Below are positions 60,145 to 64,000 of a DNA stretch of 64,000 nucleotides, in pieces (position 1 is the first letter of the stretch; every line of letters starts with the position of its first letter). Source of the DNA: Phallusia mammillata (Eukaryota). Where the stretch lies: the NCBI GenBank assembly GCA_965637545.1, contig OZ281495.1, positions 22,444,001 to 22,508,000 on the forward strand. Reading direction: 5' to 3'. The notes under the pieces were generated by a model. It saw only the letters and a program-made list of their open reading frames with translations. It was not told the origin of the DNA and did not search any database. The position numbers and the translations under genes were made by a program.

Positions 60145-63100
60145 AGAGGTACATAAAACAGAGTAATCGCACTTATGTTAAATAGAAAACTGCAGGAATG
60201 ATAGAAAAAAAGCTTTAAAACAGTACTTTTATTTGACAAATATTTTTTCTTTTCATACGTGGAAAATAGAAAACGTGTTATTTTCCTATGTTACTTTTAA
60301 CGTTTAGAAAAATTGTATGACGACTTTATATTGGTGGCCCTCGTATAAATTTGTTTTGAAAACAAGGAAAGTAACTCATTACGCTGTTACACATGGACAG
60401 TTTTGCCATCAAATTATTTATTATGCCTTTGTATAACGCTCCCCTTATTTTGTGTGTATCAGTTATTGCATATAAATCGCATAGAAAGTATAATAACTTA
60501 TGACTATTGTTAAGTTTCAGCTTTACGCAAGTCAAGTTTGTTTACCAAAAAAAGGTCAAGCTCAAAACATTCTACATACTGTGTTGTAACGTTTTGATGC
60601 AATTTTCGAATTGTTTTTTTTTTCTGTTAGGCTTGTAATTTGTTCACCGCTGTGTGTCGCTAATGTGCCTATGCGCGCTTTTTGTTCTTTTAAATAAACG
60701 CAAATTTTCGTTTTTGTCCGACTGATTCAACAACAAAATTGTATTTATGGCTGGGAAATATTCCTTCCAAAATCAATTTATTTGTAGAGTTAAATAGTAC
60801 TCGAGAAAATTTGAGACACAGATTACAAATTTAAGCCCACTTGACCCCACATGGCATTGATTTCTACACATTGAATCATAGGTCAGTACAGTTACACCTT
60901 GCTTGAATAAAATGGCCTTTTGCACGAAGCCTGTAATCGGAGAAGCATTAAATTAGAACAAGGTTTAATTGTCGTTGATGCGGGCTGCCATCGGTCATGG
61001 CACTTTTTAGCGTTTAATGGAAGGGGATCGATTTGTGTTGCGTAATTGCCCAGGTGATTTCCTTGTGCAGAAAGCTATGAGAAAAAACATTTTGGCCCAA
61101 CAAACGTTCTTTGAGATCGCGGACCCCTGTCTTCTAATCAAATTAGGATCGCCGTTTGCTGGAGCCATTTGGATAGCCTGTGAAGAAAATGTATTGGAAT
61201 AAGAAGTGGGATGATTGATATTGAGAGCTAACCTGCATCGATGGTGGACTCAGCAAAATGTCGGTGAGGAGAGAACGTTTACGGCGGTTCCTTCAAATTA
61301 TGCCCGAAACCAAGGTGTGATTTACATGTATGTCTAACCTAGACTTATACAGAAACATGTTTTCAGTTGCCAAATTCAACAGAGTTTAGCCTAGGTCTTT
61401 TATTTGACCGTTTTACTTCTAGCTTTTAGAAGACGCAGTATGTGCAGAAAGAGACAAACCTTTTTACTTAACAGCAATACACTGTAGTTGACGTCAAATC
61501 ACATTCATTTTTTTGGCCAATAGTTTCCTTTTGAGTTGGAATTGTTTACGGCAAACAAAAACTTTCATAAGTTTTCTTTCTAATTTAGAAAAATAAGTGA
61601 AATGTGGTAGACTGACTTGACTTGGTATAAATCACTTTAGATTGCGTATTATTTGTTATTTTTAAACAATTCATCTGTTTCAAATTACATTTGTACAAAC
61701 ACTCTCATTCATGTAACCTAAAATTCTACAATACAAGGTCTGTGGGGGGATAAAGTCGTCGATGTCATCTTTACTCGCAATAATCGCAAACATAAGTCTC
61801 ACTAAATGTTGCAAACAAAAGTTAACTATAACATCCTGCACATCGAAAATCCCTTCCGAATAAAAAAAGTTAAACCACTTCCCCCTTGACTACGGTTAAG
61901 AACTCTAAATGTTAATATCAGTCACTGAAATGAAATCTGTACACTTATCCTGCCGATGCAGAGGCGACTATTGATCTGACACGTTGGCTTGTCGTCAAAA
62001 TATCACGGCCCAAGACGACTATTATACACATTAGCAGGGAAAAGCAGGACGCAGTGCGGTATGGCAGCGACGGTCTATTATACTTGGTGCACTTTGCGAG
62101 ATATTAGCGTGAGAACAGCAAGGTGTGTACAGGGCGTGGTCTGCTGTCAAGTTTTAGTAGTGATTCTGGAAAATATCAAGATTTCAAAGTGGCTCAACCG
62201 TTTTTTATTCCCGGATTTATTGTTTTTTATGTTAGTTATCAATTTTTGATTGATTCGATTTGAATTGTTTTCAATTGTAAGAAAAATTTGGCTTATTTGG
62301 TGTTTAAAGTATTGTTTTTCTACATCTTGGATTGGGTAAAAAATGTGCGTTGTGTGTGTTTTAATGCATGGGCATTCGCGATTATCGACAATTGATCGAT
62401 TGTTTCCAAGCGCCGTTCAACGGTAATAATTTATAGATGGCTATCATTGCATGTTATTCCCAGGTGAATACGAATTAATTGTTGTTGTCTTAACACCCAA
62501 ATGTGTTTTCTAAACGGTAATAGTGTGAGTTACTAAAATAGCGTTATTTAAATCAGTGTGATTTTAGTCTAAATATTTTACTTCAAGTATTTGTTGTTGC
62601 CAGACAGGATAATAGTTTTGATCAAAGCACTTTTTGTAAATCGCTGCTGCCTGTGAAATATTTACGAGAAAATATTCAACTCGTCCTTTTTCGGGTATCA
62701 ATTTTTCATGCGGCTTCACCCGCTTGTGGCCACAACGCCGTTTAAGGCTTCTCTTAAAACTGTGTCAGGGCAAGGTGCGAATGTAGACAAACTTGCAGCA
62801 GCTGATTGGGCCACTATTACGCCAATGGGTTTGTTTATTATTATTCTTTGTTTCGAAACGACCTATGTTTCTTAGCAGATTTTCCAGGCAAAAAGAAATT
62901 TTAACCTTATGTTTGATTTTGCAAATATTGAGAACGATAGGCAGCGTGACATAGAGTAACAAAGCAAGTACAACCAAGTATAATAAAAGCTCTTGGTGCT
63001 TTTTAAAATCAATTCTAACAGGTTTAACCTTGTAGTTGTTAACGGCGGGTTGTCATTGTCTTATAAATCTGCACCCAAAAGTGCAGTTGTGGTTGATTGT

Positions 63101-63597
63101 CGATGACCCTCCTGATTATGTTAAATGTTTGCATTTTCTGAATATTACTAAAATGCGAAGTGAATTCATCTAATAATTCAAACCAGCGTTTGTCGCCTAT
63201 TGACGGACATCCAGGACTCCAAAGAATCAATAGCAATTTAATAAATGTAGCGTAGACGTTGTTGAGGGCCATTCCTGTCAAGGCATATGTGGGATTACAT
63301 AGAAGATTGACGTGTGGATGAGCAACGACACAATAAAATAAACTATTTACTCTTTCAGAAGCTGTTACACGATTATAGGTAATCTTTGTAAAACTAGTGA
63401 ATCGCTGACCGTTTCATCGGGTAACGAAGTCCAAACTTTGTAACCATTTTGATGCGAGATAGTGCACGAAGAAATGCCCTACTTTAATCTGGGACTTAGG
63501 ATTTAGAAGGCACGATGTGTACGGCGTGTCCCATGTAAAGACCTACAATCGCACGGAAATTGCAAAAACTGCACAGGAATACACGTAACGTTTCACC

Positions 63598-63669
63598 ATG
63601 GCGATGATAAGGGGACGCAAAATGAAAGCGACCGAAACGAAGCAACTAGCTGACTCTACAAACTCCAAG
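63598..63669 (+). CDS. Possible first coding exon of a gene continuing beyond the window (MAMIRGRKMKATETKQLADSTNSK)
   Basis: caccATGG start context, 24 open codons, AAG|GTAGG donor. No recognisable homology and no in-phase downstream exon found inside the window. Confidence 0.3.
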
Positions 63670-64000
63670 GTAGGACGTGTCCACTTTGATGTTTACAAGA
63701 TTGAGTCCAAGGCTTAAGCTTGTGTTAAACGACTTGAAGAGGCTAAATTATTTAAAGCATCCCTCGCTTAAGTTCCATAAGCGTAAGAGTATTGCCTACT
63801 ACAAAAAACACACAATGTTTATTTTGGGGGTCAAAGGGGACTTTCGCGTTTTTTTACTCTCTCAGTGTTAATTGGAAGCATGCTGAATTTGCTAGTTCAC
63901 AGGACACCGAAGCATGGTGTTTCTAAACAGTTACGTTTAGGAAGGAGAAATACGTAATTTTGGGGTGTAGCATTAACTTTTTTCTAACATTTTGTATTTA

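Noticed and set aside
61135-61145. TAATCAAATTA paired-class homeodomain palindrome downstream of netrin-G
   Set aside because: A single short AT-rich motif is expected by chance; there is no supporting cluster.

Overview
Compact, AT-rich eukaryotic DNA with small GT-AG introns. Gene content (ERF, netrin-G-like, chromogranin-like) and intron sizes point to an invertebrate chordate, most likely an ascidian; this is inference, not a database match. I reconstructed nine genes by hand with consistent splice phases: (1) an 8-exon, 296-aa acidic secreted precursor that looks like a chromogranin A/B orthologue (+, 1441-5716); (2) a 12-exon ERF/ETV3 ETS repressor (-, 7395-13116) with about 12 kb of gene-free upstream DNA; (3) TBCE (+, 25649-28191); (4,5) two tandem ARF/ARL14-like GTPases (-, 29471-33187 and 36442-38043); (6) an intronless TFPT-like CDS (+, 39725-40174); (7,8) two tandem ABHD1/3-like hydrolases (+, 40346-43405 and 45497-49101); (9) a 10-exon GPI-anchored netrin-G-like gene (+, 53396-60144). 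There are many hAT MITEs with exact 8-bp TSDs, two of them nested in other elements, and a perfect 88-bp intronic inverted repeat pair. I found no rRNA, tRNA or CRISPR. The best leads are the chromogranin-like gene, the netrin-G-like gene, and the TFPT/ABHD shared-leader or operon arrangement. Human reference sequences and exon structures quoted below are recalled from memory and need checking.
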